DNA of 58,270 bases. Source: an uncultured Candidatus Saccharibacteria bacterium (GTDB lineage Bacteria; Patescibacteriota; Minisyncoccia; Phycocordibacterales; CAIZLB01). A program made the position numbers and the translations under genes. Below the pieces are notes generated by a model. The model worked only from the letters and a program-made list of their open reading frames with translations. It searched no databases and was not told the DNA's origin. Of this stretch, positions 27,631-35,568 are shown in pieces. Position 1 is the first letter of the stretch; every line of letters starts with the position of its first letter. The DNA lies in assembly GCA_964467385.1 (NCBI GenBank), contig CAYXQC010000005.1, forward strand, positions 1 to 58,270, written 5' to 3'.

Positions 27631-28971
27631 TTAGATAATCCCTTTGTTCTTCATGTTGTTAAGCTTGAACGCATTAACTTTTGACATGAATTCTGCTGGC
27701 ATATCTGCGGCTTTGATTCCCTTCTTTCGAGCAATCATGTATGCAGCGAAAATGCTCCAGAGAACGAGACCAAGTGTAAAGAGTGTCATCTTGAGACCGA
27801 AACTAATACCAGTTTCTGGGACCTGTGAAAGGAATACTCCTGACACTGGTGTACCAAGATTCTGATCTCGGATCACTGTGACGTTAGACTGAACACCTAC
27901 AATGTTTGTAGAACATGATGTCGTGAATGACTGACCATTTACAAATCCAGTTACAGTTGCAGTCTTGTATCCAGGAGTGTTGTATGATCGGACAATTGTC
28001 TGACCGTTACCGTAAAGGTTATCAGTTCCAGTCCATGAGTATGAGGTGTTACCGTAGTATGAACCGTTATTGTAGTTGTAATTATTGTTGTATGTAGGAT
28101 ATACAGTCCATGTTACATTTTGACCAACAACAGCATTTGTAGGATTAGCTACACAGTACGCACCAATGTTTCCATTGTAGGTATCTCGAACTTCAACATT
28201 ACATGATCGAGTAATAGTCTGTGAACCAGATCGGATAGTTACTGTCGCTGTCTTCATACCAGGGTATGAATATCGTCCAGTAAAGCTCTGTGATGATGAG
28301 TTAACACCATTATCACCTGTCCATGAGTATGTGTATCCAGATGTACCACCTGTTGCAGAAGCAGAGAATGATACGTCCTGATTTACATATACAACTGAAG
28401 GGCTAATAGTACAGTTACCATCAAGGTTTGACTGAGTATTTGTAGTACCTGTTCCACCACCATACACCACAAGGTTGATTCGAGCGTCGTTGTTGTTTGT
28501 AGGATTGAACGTGTTCGTAATCGTATTTGTGTTCGTGTTGTTGTTTGTATTTACATTCGCGTTTGTATTGTAGATGTAATCGTATCCAGCTGATGGAGTG
28601 TATGTGTATCCACCACCGTATCCGCCGTAGCTACCGTATGAGTATGGCTGGTATGAGTAACCGCTGTAGTCTGAGCTGCCCCAATTGTAACCGTAGTCAG
28701 ATGAAGGATAATACTGGTCATATACTGGTGCAAATGAATATGAGTCATACGATGGATAGTACTGATCATATACAGGAGCGAAAGAGTATGAATCATATGA
28801 CGGAGTATACTGATCATAAACAGGAGCGAAAGAGTATGAATCTCCTGAAAACCAGTCATCTGCACCAAAACCATAATCACTTGCAAATGCAGCTGAAGGT
28901 GTCACAGCGAAAACCAAGGCAATAATAATTCCCAAAACTGAGTTTTTTGTTGTTTTATGTGTGTTTAACAT
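27631..28971 (-). CDS. Secreted surface protein: signal peptide, Tyr-rich tandem repeats, two PKD-like Ig repeats, and a C-terminal VPETG motif followed by a TM segment and basic residues (candidate sortase substrate)
   Basis: Signal peptide VLGIIIALVFAVTPSAAFA. Three copies of SYSFAPVYDQY(T/Y)PSYD. Repeats of the type C..SP..V.VNQDVSFSA...YSWTGD...YKTATVT. VPETG is encoded at 27808-27822 and followed by LFTLGLVLWSIFAAYMIARKK. Confidence 0.7.
   Translation of the reverse strand: MLNTHKTTKNSVLGIIIALVFAVTPSAAFASDYGFGADDWFSGDSYSFAPVYDQYTPSYDSYSFAPVYDQYYPSYDSYSFAPVYDQYYPSSDYGYNWGSSDYSGYSYQPYSYGSYGGYGGGYTYTPSAGYDYIYNTNANVNTNNNTNTNTITNTFNPTNNNDARINLVVYGGGTGTTNTQSNLDGNCTISPSVVYVNQDVSFSASATGGTSGYTYSWTGDNGVNSSSQSFTGRYSYPGMKTATVTIRSGSQTITRSCNVEVRDTYNGNIGAYCVANPTNAVVGQNVTWTVYPTYNNNYNYNNGSYYGNTSYSWTGTDNLYGNGQTIVRSYNTPGYKTATVTGFVNGQSFTTSCSTNIVGVQSNVTVIRDQNLGTPVSGVFLSQVPETGISFGLKMTLFTLGLVLWSIFAAYMIARKKGIKAADMPAEFMSKVNAFKLNNMKNKGII
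28696..28839 (-). repeat. In-frame 48-nt tandem repeat (3 copies) inside the surface-protein gene
   Basis: Codons 45-92 encode SYSFAPVYDQYTPSYD / SYSFAPVYDQYYPSYD / SYSFAPVYDQYYPSSD. The DNA copies are near-identical. Confidence 0.85.
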
Positions 28972-29166
28972 AGTGTCTACATTATATATTATCTAGTATA
29001 TTATGTCAAGTATACCCTTGCATGAACTGATAAAGTGTTTTATTGCAATACTATGGATAGGTAGATACCTGCGCTATTACTACTAGCTTTTCTTGATAGT
29101 ACTCTTAGCTTCCGATATGTAAACAGCTGTTGAAAGCTCTGTGTTTAGGGCTTATTTCTATATATA

Positions 29167-29195
29167 TTGACAAAATATACTTAAGGTGATACAAT
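29167..29195 (+). promoter_or_regulatory. Near-consensus promoter of the Pro-rich protein cassette
   Basis: TTGACA (29167-29172), 17-nt spacer, TACAAT (29190-29195). Confidence 0.7.
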
Positions 29196-29324
29196 ATGAC
29201 CATAAAGATGAAGGGTCTAAACAGCCCCAATTCTCCAACTCCAAACCAAATCCGCGATGTGCATGTGCACTCCGGAAGGAGTTGCGTATAGCACATTGCA
29301 AACACCATACGAACCCGCACCAAC

Positions 29325-30071
29325 ATGAGCGCAACAGCCACCATTGGCACAACATTGCCACCACCCGCCAAGAAATCACCAACCGTTGGAACCCCTCCAG
29401 GGTCGCCACCAAAGGTGACACCGCCAGGGCAACAACCCATGGCCACAACCCAGCAACCGGTCGAACCTCGGCCGCAACGCTTGGCCAAAGAAGATCTCGA
29501 TGAGATCGTCAGACGCACCGGCGGTCAAAAACCACCCACCACTCCTCCTACCGACAACGGAAAAGGAGGGGGCGACAAGCCACCAGTCAAGCCATGCGCT
29601 GATGAGAAAAAAGGAGGGAAAGGAACAGACTATCTGCGACTCGCCACAACGGCAGTCCTGCTTGTCCTCCTCTTTCTGCTTCTCGTCCCATTGTTCGGTC
29701 AGCTGCAAACAGCTTTCCGCAACACCTTCGGGTCAACGGAGACAGTGACGACCAGCAACAGTGAAGCTCCTCAGGCACCCCCTGCGGCTACCCCACCTGA
29801 ATCTGGCGACCCTGACGCAGTGGTGGTCCGCACTCCCGCTGAGATGAAAAATGCGGACGGGAGCTACAAGAAAAAGGTTCGTATCGGAGACCAGTTCTTC
29901 GAGGCGAACCCAAATCTTGTAGAGGTTACAAATAACCGCACCGGAGAAAAACGGATCATTACTGTGGATCAGGCGGCAGAAATCGCGGCAAAATCCAAGA
30001 TCACTGACCCAAACCCACCCGTGTTTCGCAACACGAAAAAGGAGAAGGTTAATCCGTTCACATTCCGATAA
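29325..30071 (+). CDS. Hypothetical Pro-rich membrane protein (GC-rich cassette)
   Basis: Pro/Thr/Gly-rich N-terminal 100 aa, one TM segment (LATTAVLLVLLFLLLVPLF), and a C-terminal domain of about 100 aa. It is bracketed by a promoter and a terminator. The overlapping ORF at 29186-29503 is disfavoured. Confidence 0.55.
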   Translation: MSATATIGTTLPPPAKKSPTVGTPPGSPPKVTPPGQQPMATTQQPVEPRPQRLAKEDLDEIVRRTGGQKPPTTPPTDNGKGGGDKPPVKPCADEKKGGKGTDYLRLATTAVLLVLLFLLLVPLFGQLQTAFRNTFGSTETVTTSNSEAPQAPPAATPPESGDPDAVVVRTPAEMKNADGSYKKKVRIGDQFFEANPNLVEVTNNRTGEKRIITVDQAAEIAAKSKITDPNPPVFRNTKKEKVNPFTFR

Positions 30072-30096
30072 CGAATCGAGTCACATCTCGACACGA

Positions 30097-30128
30097 AGCC
30101 GCCAGGGCAACACTCTGGCGGCTTTTTT
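30097..30128 (+). terminator. Rho-independent terminator
   Basis: AGCCGCCAG ggcaacact CTGGCGGCT followed by TTTTT. Confidence 0.85.
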
Positions 30129-30146
30129 ATTACTAGGATGTGTCAT

Positions 30147-30176
30147 TTGACATATATGCAATTTATATCGTATAAT
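30147..30176 (+). promoter_or_regulatory. Consensus promoter of the L,D-transpeptidase cassette
   Basis: TTGACA (30147-30152), 18-nt spacer, TATAAT (30171-30176). Confidence 0.75.
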
Positions 30177-30205
30177 ACTAACAGTTCTTTCACACAATTT
30201 TCATG

Positions 30206-30244
30206 GGCAGCTACTAGTGTTTCAACCGAACTTTAGTAGCTACC
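30206..30244 (+). promoter_or_regulatory. 5'-UTR hairpin ending 1 nt before the start codon
   Basis: GGCAGCTACTA (30206-30216) pairs with TAGTAGCTACC (30234-30244), 10 of 11 bp. The ATG is at 30246 and no SD is visible. Confidence 0.4.
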
Positions 30245-30245
30245 T

Positions 30246-31049
30246 ATGAAAACATACATCCTACTGACGATGACCCTTCTCATCACCCTCAGCCTTCGCG
30301 CCGAGACCCCTTATCTGATCCTCCGGGTTAACCTCGATACGCAGACTGCGATCTTGGTGGATTCAAAAGGTGCAGTGAAGTATCCAACCTACGAGATCAG
30401 CTCAGGGAAACCTGAGAATGAAACGCTGGTTGGTAACTATTTGATTACAAAAATGGTGGTCGATGGCTGGTCAGAAGAATTCAAAGTCAAAATGCCGTAC
30501 TTGATGGGACTTATAAACCTCGAGACCGGTGAAATAAAGGGCTATGGTGTACACGAAGGAAAAGTTCACAAGACTAACCTTCCATCGAGCCACGGCTGCA
30601 TCCGTCAGCATCCCAAAGATGCCACTGCAGTTTTCCACTTGATCGAGCCAGTTTGGAAGAAAAATAACCATGGCGTGGTCGTATCTATCACAGGTACTGC
30701 CACAAAAACTTTCTCAAAAAAACTCGGCAACCTCTTCGTGTATGACACGAATGGCAAGCCAGTAAAAATCCTGAGAAACACCCAAGGTAATCTTCCTGAC
30801 TCTTTTTTCGAAAATCGGCGGTTACTGACACTCTTTTATCACCATGACAAAAAACCCACTACTGACAGAAGTTTCTGGAAGTTGGGAGTCGAAGGTGTCG
30901 AAGACAAAGTCAGCGTCGAAGAATACGAAAAACGGTTCGGCCAACACGTAGATGACCCTGAAGAAATCAAGCAATTGAAAAAACTTCAAGGTGAACCCAA
31001 AGACAAAGGTACAAAAAAAACAGCAAACTTTCCTTTCGTCTTCAAGTAA
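30246..31049 (+). CDS. Secreted L,D-transpeptidase (YkuD domain) protein
   Basis: Signal peptide MKTYILLTMTLLITLSLRA. Catalytic motif VHEGKVHKTNLPSSHGCIRQ (the HGCIR is typical of YkuD). Confidence 0.75.
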   Translation: MKTYILLTMTLLITLSLRAETPYLILRVNLDTQTAILVDSKGAVKYPTYEISSGKPENETLVGNYLITKMVVDGWSEEFKVKMPYLMGLINLETGEIKGYGVHEGKVHKTNLPSSHGCIRQHPKDATAVFHLIEPVWKKNNHGVVVSITGTATKTFSKKLGNLFVYDTNGKPVKILRNTQGNLPDSFFENRRLLTLFYHHDKKPTTDRSFWKLGVEGVEDKVSVEEYEKRFGQHVDDPEEIKQLKKLQGEPKDKGTKKTANFPFVFK

Positions 31050-31068
31050 GATCAACTCAAACCCATTA

Positions 31069-31106
31069 AACCCTGTTCGATTGCTGCGAACAGGGTTTTA
31101 TTTTTT
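31069..31106 (+). terminator. Rho-independent terminator
   Basis: AACCCTGTTCG attgctg CGAACAGGGTT followed by TTATTTTTT. Confidence 0.85.
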
Positions 31107-31164
31107 GCATCATAGATGATCGACAAATCAAAACCTCTTCTTGTTTTATTTGAGTTTAAAACCA

Positions 31165-31425
31165 TCAATGCTTCGTCGCCACCTTCAAAATCTGATCATT
31201 CAACTCATCATCAAGATCCTCGAGAAGTTTTCCAATAAAGGTATCAGCATCCTCTGGATTTTCATCGTCCCCATTATCAGGAATTTTTTCCATAACTTTA
31301 CTTGTTCGAGCAAGAAGATTCTTGAGCTTCTTATCCAGCTCAACATTTATCTGTTTTGCATTATCAATATCTTTTGCAAGTTTTGTTTTAATTTGTTGTG
31401 CACGCCGTGTGATAGATGTTGTCAT
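31165..31425 (-). CDS. Hypothetical small acidic protein
   Basis: 86 codons. It starts 29 nt after the stop of the 560-aa gene on the same strand, so the two are probably co-transcribed. Confidence 0.5.
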   Translation of the reverse strand: MTTSITRRAQQIKTKLAKDIDNAKQINVELDKKLKNLLARTSKVMEKIPDNGDDENPEDADTFIGKLLEDLDDELNDQILKVATKH

Positions 31426-31453
31426 ATTTTTATATTAAAATTTATATTACAAA

Positions 31454-33136
31454 TTAAAGCTCAATCTCTTCTGGTAATTGCCTAATCACTTCATTTATAA
31501 CCGTACGCTTGAGTTGAAAAGTATCGGCTTCTGTTGCTCTTAAAATCCCCTCCTTATTATGAATCTTGATTATTCCGCGAAGATTCTTTAAAAGTTTATC
31601 TACAGACCCTCCTTTGAACTTATCCTTATTTATATCAAATACATTTTGCATTCCCATCAAAGATCTGATTATCTCAACTGCCTTCACATTCTTTTTGGTG
31701 ATAGTTTTAAGAAGCTCTTTTGCAGCCTCGGTTGTTTTTTCGATTGCTTCAGCATTTGACTCAACGTTTGGTTCGTTTTCAGAATCATTTTCTACATCTC
31801 CAAGATCAACACCAAGTGCCTCTACATTTGCATCATCGACACTTTCATCATTATCTTCATTAGTAGTTTCAGTACCCTCATCATTATTTGTATTTGCATC
31901 ATCACCAGCAATCTCACTCGGATTATTTCCCTCTTTATCCAAACCCATCTTAGTTTTTATTTTTCTATATCGCTCCGTTTTTTTATCAATCTTTGCAATG
32001 TTCTTCTGTAAATCTTCTTGAACTTTTTGAAACTGCGCGATTCGAGCTTCGGCAGCGTCTTTCTCTGCAACAAGTGTTCGAATGCCATTTTCAATATCAA
32101 TCTGATCATTCTCATTAATTCCCAATTCTTTTGCCAGTTTCAGATGATGAATATGATCAAGTAGATTGGTATTAATATTTTCAATAGCATCCTGATTTTC
32201 TGCAATCAAATTCTCAGTCTCAAATAGACAGCTCTTTTTTTCATCATAACCGTATTTCTCATGAATTTTATTGATCTTATTATCTAACTTCTCAGCAAAT
32301 CGATTGCCTGAATTTTTCATACCCTCATGAAAATCATAGATCTCTTGCGCATATTGTCTTCTGGTTTCATCAAATGAATTAACAAGATCTCGAGATCCTT
32401 GTTTTTTGGCCTCCCATTCATTAAACCGGTCAGTTTTATTTCTTTCGAAAACTTCTCGAAATCCAGGATTGGTCATATTGAGAAGTGCAGCTTGAAATTT
32501 CTCTTCGTCCGCCGTTTGTCCGCTTTCAAATCCTGCAATGTTTTGATTTTCAGTTTCAATTCGACCACCAAGATTCCTAATATCCTGCGCTTTTAATCTC
32601 ATTAGTCTATTGTATTCATCTCTCTCATTGAGAGTTCGCCATTTATCAACCGTATTCAATTTAATAGTTTCAACAACATCACCCGCCCACTCCTTTGAAA
32701 CAGTTTTTATTTGTTCCCAATTTCTTTTAGCCCAATCTGTACAACGACCAAAGATTTCCACACCTTTGTTCCATGAATTTTCAGCAGCTCTTTTAGCCAC
32801 ATTTTCCAATCGTTCGAAAGCAACCTGCGTATTACTTTTATCCTCAGCTGCGGAACGCACAAGATCTTGTTCATTAATCCCGAGTGACGCACCAAACCCA
32901 GACTCTTCCACAGGTTCTTCCAAAGAATCAGCTGTCGCTTTCGATTGTCGAGCATTTTGAGTTTCAGTCCAAACAGCATCTGGTGTATATCCAGAATTTT
33001 CAACAACTTCTTGGTCTACAAACTCTGCTTGTGGTAATTTAGACATATCAACACTATCTTGTAATTCAGCTCTTCTTATCTGAGCATTCAACGGAGCGTC
33101 TGGTCTAGGTAAATGCGAAAAATTCTCTGATGACAT
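31454..33136 (-). CDS. Hypothetical large acidic coiled-coil protein
   Basis: 560 codons. Rich in E/D/N/K, heptad-like, with no TM segment and no recognisable catalytic motif. Confidence 0.6.
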   Translation of the reverse strand: MSSENFSHLPRPDAPLNAQIRRAELQDSVDMSKLPQAEFVDQEVVENSGYTPDAVWTETQNARQSKATADSLEEPVEESGFGASLGINEQDLVRSAAEDKSNTQVAFERLENVAKRAAENSWNKGVEIFGRCTDWAKRNWEQIKTVSKEWAGDVVETIKLNTVDKWRTLNERDEYNRLMRLKAQDIRNLGGRIETENQNIAGFESGQTADEEKFQAALLNMTNPGFREVFERNKTDRFNEWEAKKQGSRDLVNSFDETRRQYAQEIYDFHEGMKNSGNRFAEKLDNKINKIHEKYGYDEKKSCLFETENLIAENQDAIENINTNLLDHIHHLKLAKELGINENDQIDIENGIRTLVAEKDAAEARIAQFQKVQEDLQKNIAKIDKKTERYRKIKTKMGLDKEGNNPSEIAGDDANTNNDEGTETTNEDNDESVDDANVEALGVDLGDVENDSENEPNVESNAEAIEKTTEAAKELLKTITKKNVKAVEIIRSLMGMQNVFDINKDKFKGGSVDKLLKNLRGIIKIHNKEGILRATEADTFQLKRTVINEVIRQLPEEIEL

Positions 33137-33198
33137 ATGTTTCTGCTAGTATATCACCAAAAATAAATATGAATTTAATTTTTTATAAAATTCGCAAA

Positions 33199-33272
33199 CA
33201 AAAAAACACCTCAAGCGTCTCAGATCTTGCATCGCATTCCTGCTTTGCAAAAATCTTTGAACACTTGAGGCA
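33199..33272 (-). terminator. Long-loop terminator-like structure after the Cys/Pro-rich gene
   Basis: On the minus strand: CCTCAAG (33270-33264) ... CTTGAGG (33215-33209) followed by TGTTTTTTT. The 48-nt interior has its own partial stem. Confidence 0.5.
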
Positions 33273-33299
33273 TTGAGTTTCGATGGATGCTGAGGTGAA

Positions 33300-33722
33300 T
33301 CAGTACCATCGTCCGCCACCGCGCGGACTGTAACACGCCGGTCGCGGCGTGAATACCGGATTCCATTGAGCTTGCCAAGGCGCACCCAATGTCCGGCAGT
33401 TGTATCCACCCGGCCGATAGAACGGGCCGAAGCCCGATGAGTAAACCGAAGGTCCATATGGAGAGCGGACGTATCCGCCGTTCCACGGACTGGAGCACAT
33501 GGGTGGCGGACCACAGCGCATCGGCTGTGACATCACCATCCGAGGCGGGCACATAGCTGGCCCACCAATCGGAGGAGCACAGAACATCCCTGGAAGAGGA
33601 CGAACTGACACCATGCCGTTAGGCAGCAAGGTCGTTTGACAGCTGGTTCCAAAAAGGGCCAGCAATGTCGCGGCGATGAAAATTTTAAGCCCTTTCATCG
33701 TAAGGCTATTCTTTGTTTTCAT
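33300..33722 (-). CDS. Hypothetical secreted or lipoprotein-like Pro/Gly/Cys-rich small protein (about 60% GC in one spot-counted 60-nt line)
   Basis: Signal peptide LKIFIAATLLALFGTSC, then a 110-aa region rich in P, G, C, R and aromatic residues (ends PRGGGRWY). Confidence 0.55.
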   Translation of the reverse strand: MKTKNSLTMKGLKIFIAATLLALFGTSCQTTLLPNGMVSVRPLPGMFCAPPIGGPAMCPPRMVMSQPMRCGPPPMCSSPWNGGYVRSPYGPSVYSSGFGPFYRPGGYNCRTLGAPWQAQWNPVFTPRPACYSPRGGGRWY

Positions 33723-33900
33723 GAGCTTGAGTTTCTGGATAGGGTTTTCTAGGCCCGTTGAGATTGACTGAATACGAACATACTAACATAATAATATATA
33801 AAAGTCAATGGTAGCGAAAATTACTCCTGTCAGATAATTTCTGGCCACTCGTCAGCATAATAGCTGTATAATCCCCTATTTCCTGATATAAATAGTACAA

Positions 33901-34683
33901 ATGGACACCATGGCAACTCATACACACATCATTAAAAAACTGGCCACTCTTGCCAACAAAAATAAAGCGAAAACACTGCGGAGCTTTTTCAAGACATGTA
34001 AAGGTGAATATGCCGAGGGTGATATGTTTCTCGGCATCACAGTTCCAATACAACGAAAAGTTGCCAAAGAATTTTTCAAAAATATTCCACTCACTGAGCT
34101 TTCAAAACTTTTGCAAAGCAAAATTCACGAACATCGATTTACAGCTCTCGAAATGCTGGTGATGAAATTCGACTCAAGTTTCAGTGTAAAAAATTATCAA
34201 AAAAGCAAAACTCAAAAATATCAGCAACAAAAAGATGCCCGCAAAATCGCACAGTTTTATCTTAAACACACTAAACACATCAACAACTGGGACCTAGTAG
34301 ATACTTCAGCTCGGTATATTCTCGGTGCATATATACGGATTCACGGTAAAAATGATACGACCATAAACACAACACTACTTATTAAACTGGCTCGCTCGAA
34401 AAATATGTGGGAGCGTCGCATTGCAATTGTTTCAACTCATGATCATATTGCCAACAAAGATGCTAAACTTGCGCTTCAAATTTCTGAAATGCTTATAAAT
34501 GATCCACACGACTTGATCCATAAAGCAACAGGTTGGATGCTTCGTGAGATCGGTAAACACATTTCTAAAGAAACGCTCAAAAAATTCTTAAAATCTCACG
34601 CTCAGAAAATGCCATCTATTATGCGATCATACGCACTTGAACACTTCACAAAAGAAGAACGAATAGAATTCGCGCGAAAATAA
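33901..34683 (+). CDS. DNA alkylation repair protein (AlkD-like HEAT-repeat family)
   Basis: RSFFKTCKGEYAEGDMFLGITVPIQRKVAKEF, NNWDLVDTSA and GWMLREIGK are typical of the DNA_alkylation family. Confidence 0.75.
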   Translation: MDTMATHTHIIKKLATLANKNKAKTLRSFFKTCKGEYAEGDMFLGITVPIQRKVAKEFFKNIPLTELSKLLQSKIHEHRFTALEMLVMKFDSSFSVKNYQKSKTQKYQQQKDARKIAQFYLKHTKHINNWDLVDTSARYILGAYIRIHGKNDTTINTTLLIKLARSKNMWERRIAIVSTHDHIANKDAKLALQISEMLINDPHDLIHKATGWMLREIGKHISKETLKKFLKSHAQKMPSIMRSYALEHFTKEERIEFARK

Positions 34684-34685
34684 TA

Positions 34686-35402
34686 CTAGTTCACAAAGTC
34701 TGCAGTCACCACATACCGATCCGTCTTTGCACCGAAGCTATTACATGTAGAGAGTGTGAGTAAGTGATTTTTTGTGTCAAATTCTACAAGAGTCTCATCT
34801 TTATTCACTTTATCAACCGCTCTCACTCGATAGGTATAAGTCTTTCCATCGGCCACAATATAAATCACATCACCAGGGATAAGCGTATGAAGTTCATTAA
34901 ATACTTTATACGCTTGGTTAATCACCACTTTGTAACCTGTGCTGTGTCCAAAGATAAACATGTTACCACCCGCCGTTGTTCCTGATCCGGGATAATACAC
35001 CGGACCTTTCACGAGGGACTGATCAAGTACTTCGACTTCAGTATTTTTAGGAGTGTATACAGTTGTATCGAGCTTGATTCGAGGTATAACAAGTCGTGAC
35101 GGCGTAGAGCCTGATGTAATATCCGTCTTTGAGTCACCGTTATTTGATGAACTGTTATTTCCATTATTTACAGTAACTCCATCACCATTTTTTTCTCCAG
35201 TAATTTTCTCTGCGATTCCTCCACTGATTTGTTCTGATAAAGTCTTCCCGTCAGATTTAACCATGAGCTCACTTGGTAAAAGTCCCAGTGCTGCGAGGAG
35301 TCCGGCAGTTGCTATAAAAATTATAAAAAACCACATTATAAAATACGACTCCTGAGGAGAAAATAAAGATTTTATAAACTTCTTTGGGTGCCAATTTTTC
35401 AT
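34686..35402 (-). CDS. Sortase-family transpeptidase
   Basis: N-terminal TM segment. Catalytic His (MFIFGHSTG), Cys motif LLTLSTCNS (TLxTC) and Arg (DRYVVTA). Confidence 0.85.
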   Translation of the reverse strand: MKNWHPKKFIKSLFSPQESYFIMWFFIIFIATAGLLAALGLLPSELMVKSDGKTLSEQISGGIAEKITGEKNGDGVTVNNGNNSSSNNGDSKTDITSGSTPSRLVIPRIKLDTTVYTPKNTEVEVLDQSLVKGPVYYPGSGTTAGGNMFIFGHSTGYKVVINQAYKVFNELHTLIPGDVIYIVADGKTYTYRVRAVDKVNKDETLVEFDTKNHLLTLSTCNSFGAKTDRYVVTADFVN

Positions 35403-35529
35403 GTTTTCACAGCTTGTCTGTAGCCATTTCGACCACTAGCCATCCTGCCATATGGCCCCTATTATAAGGCATATTATGCCTTTATGTTAGGCCCTAGTCC
35501 AGCACCTAGCACGTGTCTAGGCTCTGTAT

Positions 35530-35559
35530 TTGACAAATACACTTTATATATGGTATAAT
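35530..35559 (+). promoter_or_regulatory. Consensus promoter of the CARDB-repeat gene (near-leaderless)
   Basis: TTGACA (35530-35535), 18-nt spacer, TGgTATAAT (-10 at 35554-35559). The ATG at 35569 is only 9 nt downstream. Confidence 0.75.
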
Positions 35560-35568
35560 AGTCTTATT

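Noticed and set aside
29186-29503. 105-codon ORF overlapping the start of the Pro-rich protein gene.
   Set aside because: It begins inside the -10 region of the promoter, so it cannot be fully transcribed from it. It has no sensible features, and the 29325-30071 frame gives a TM-containing product that reaches the terminator.
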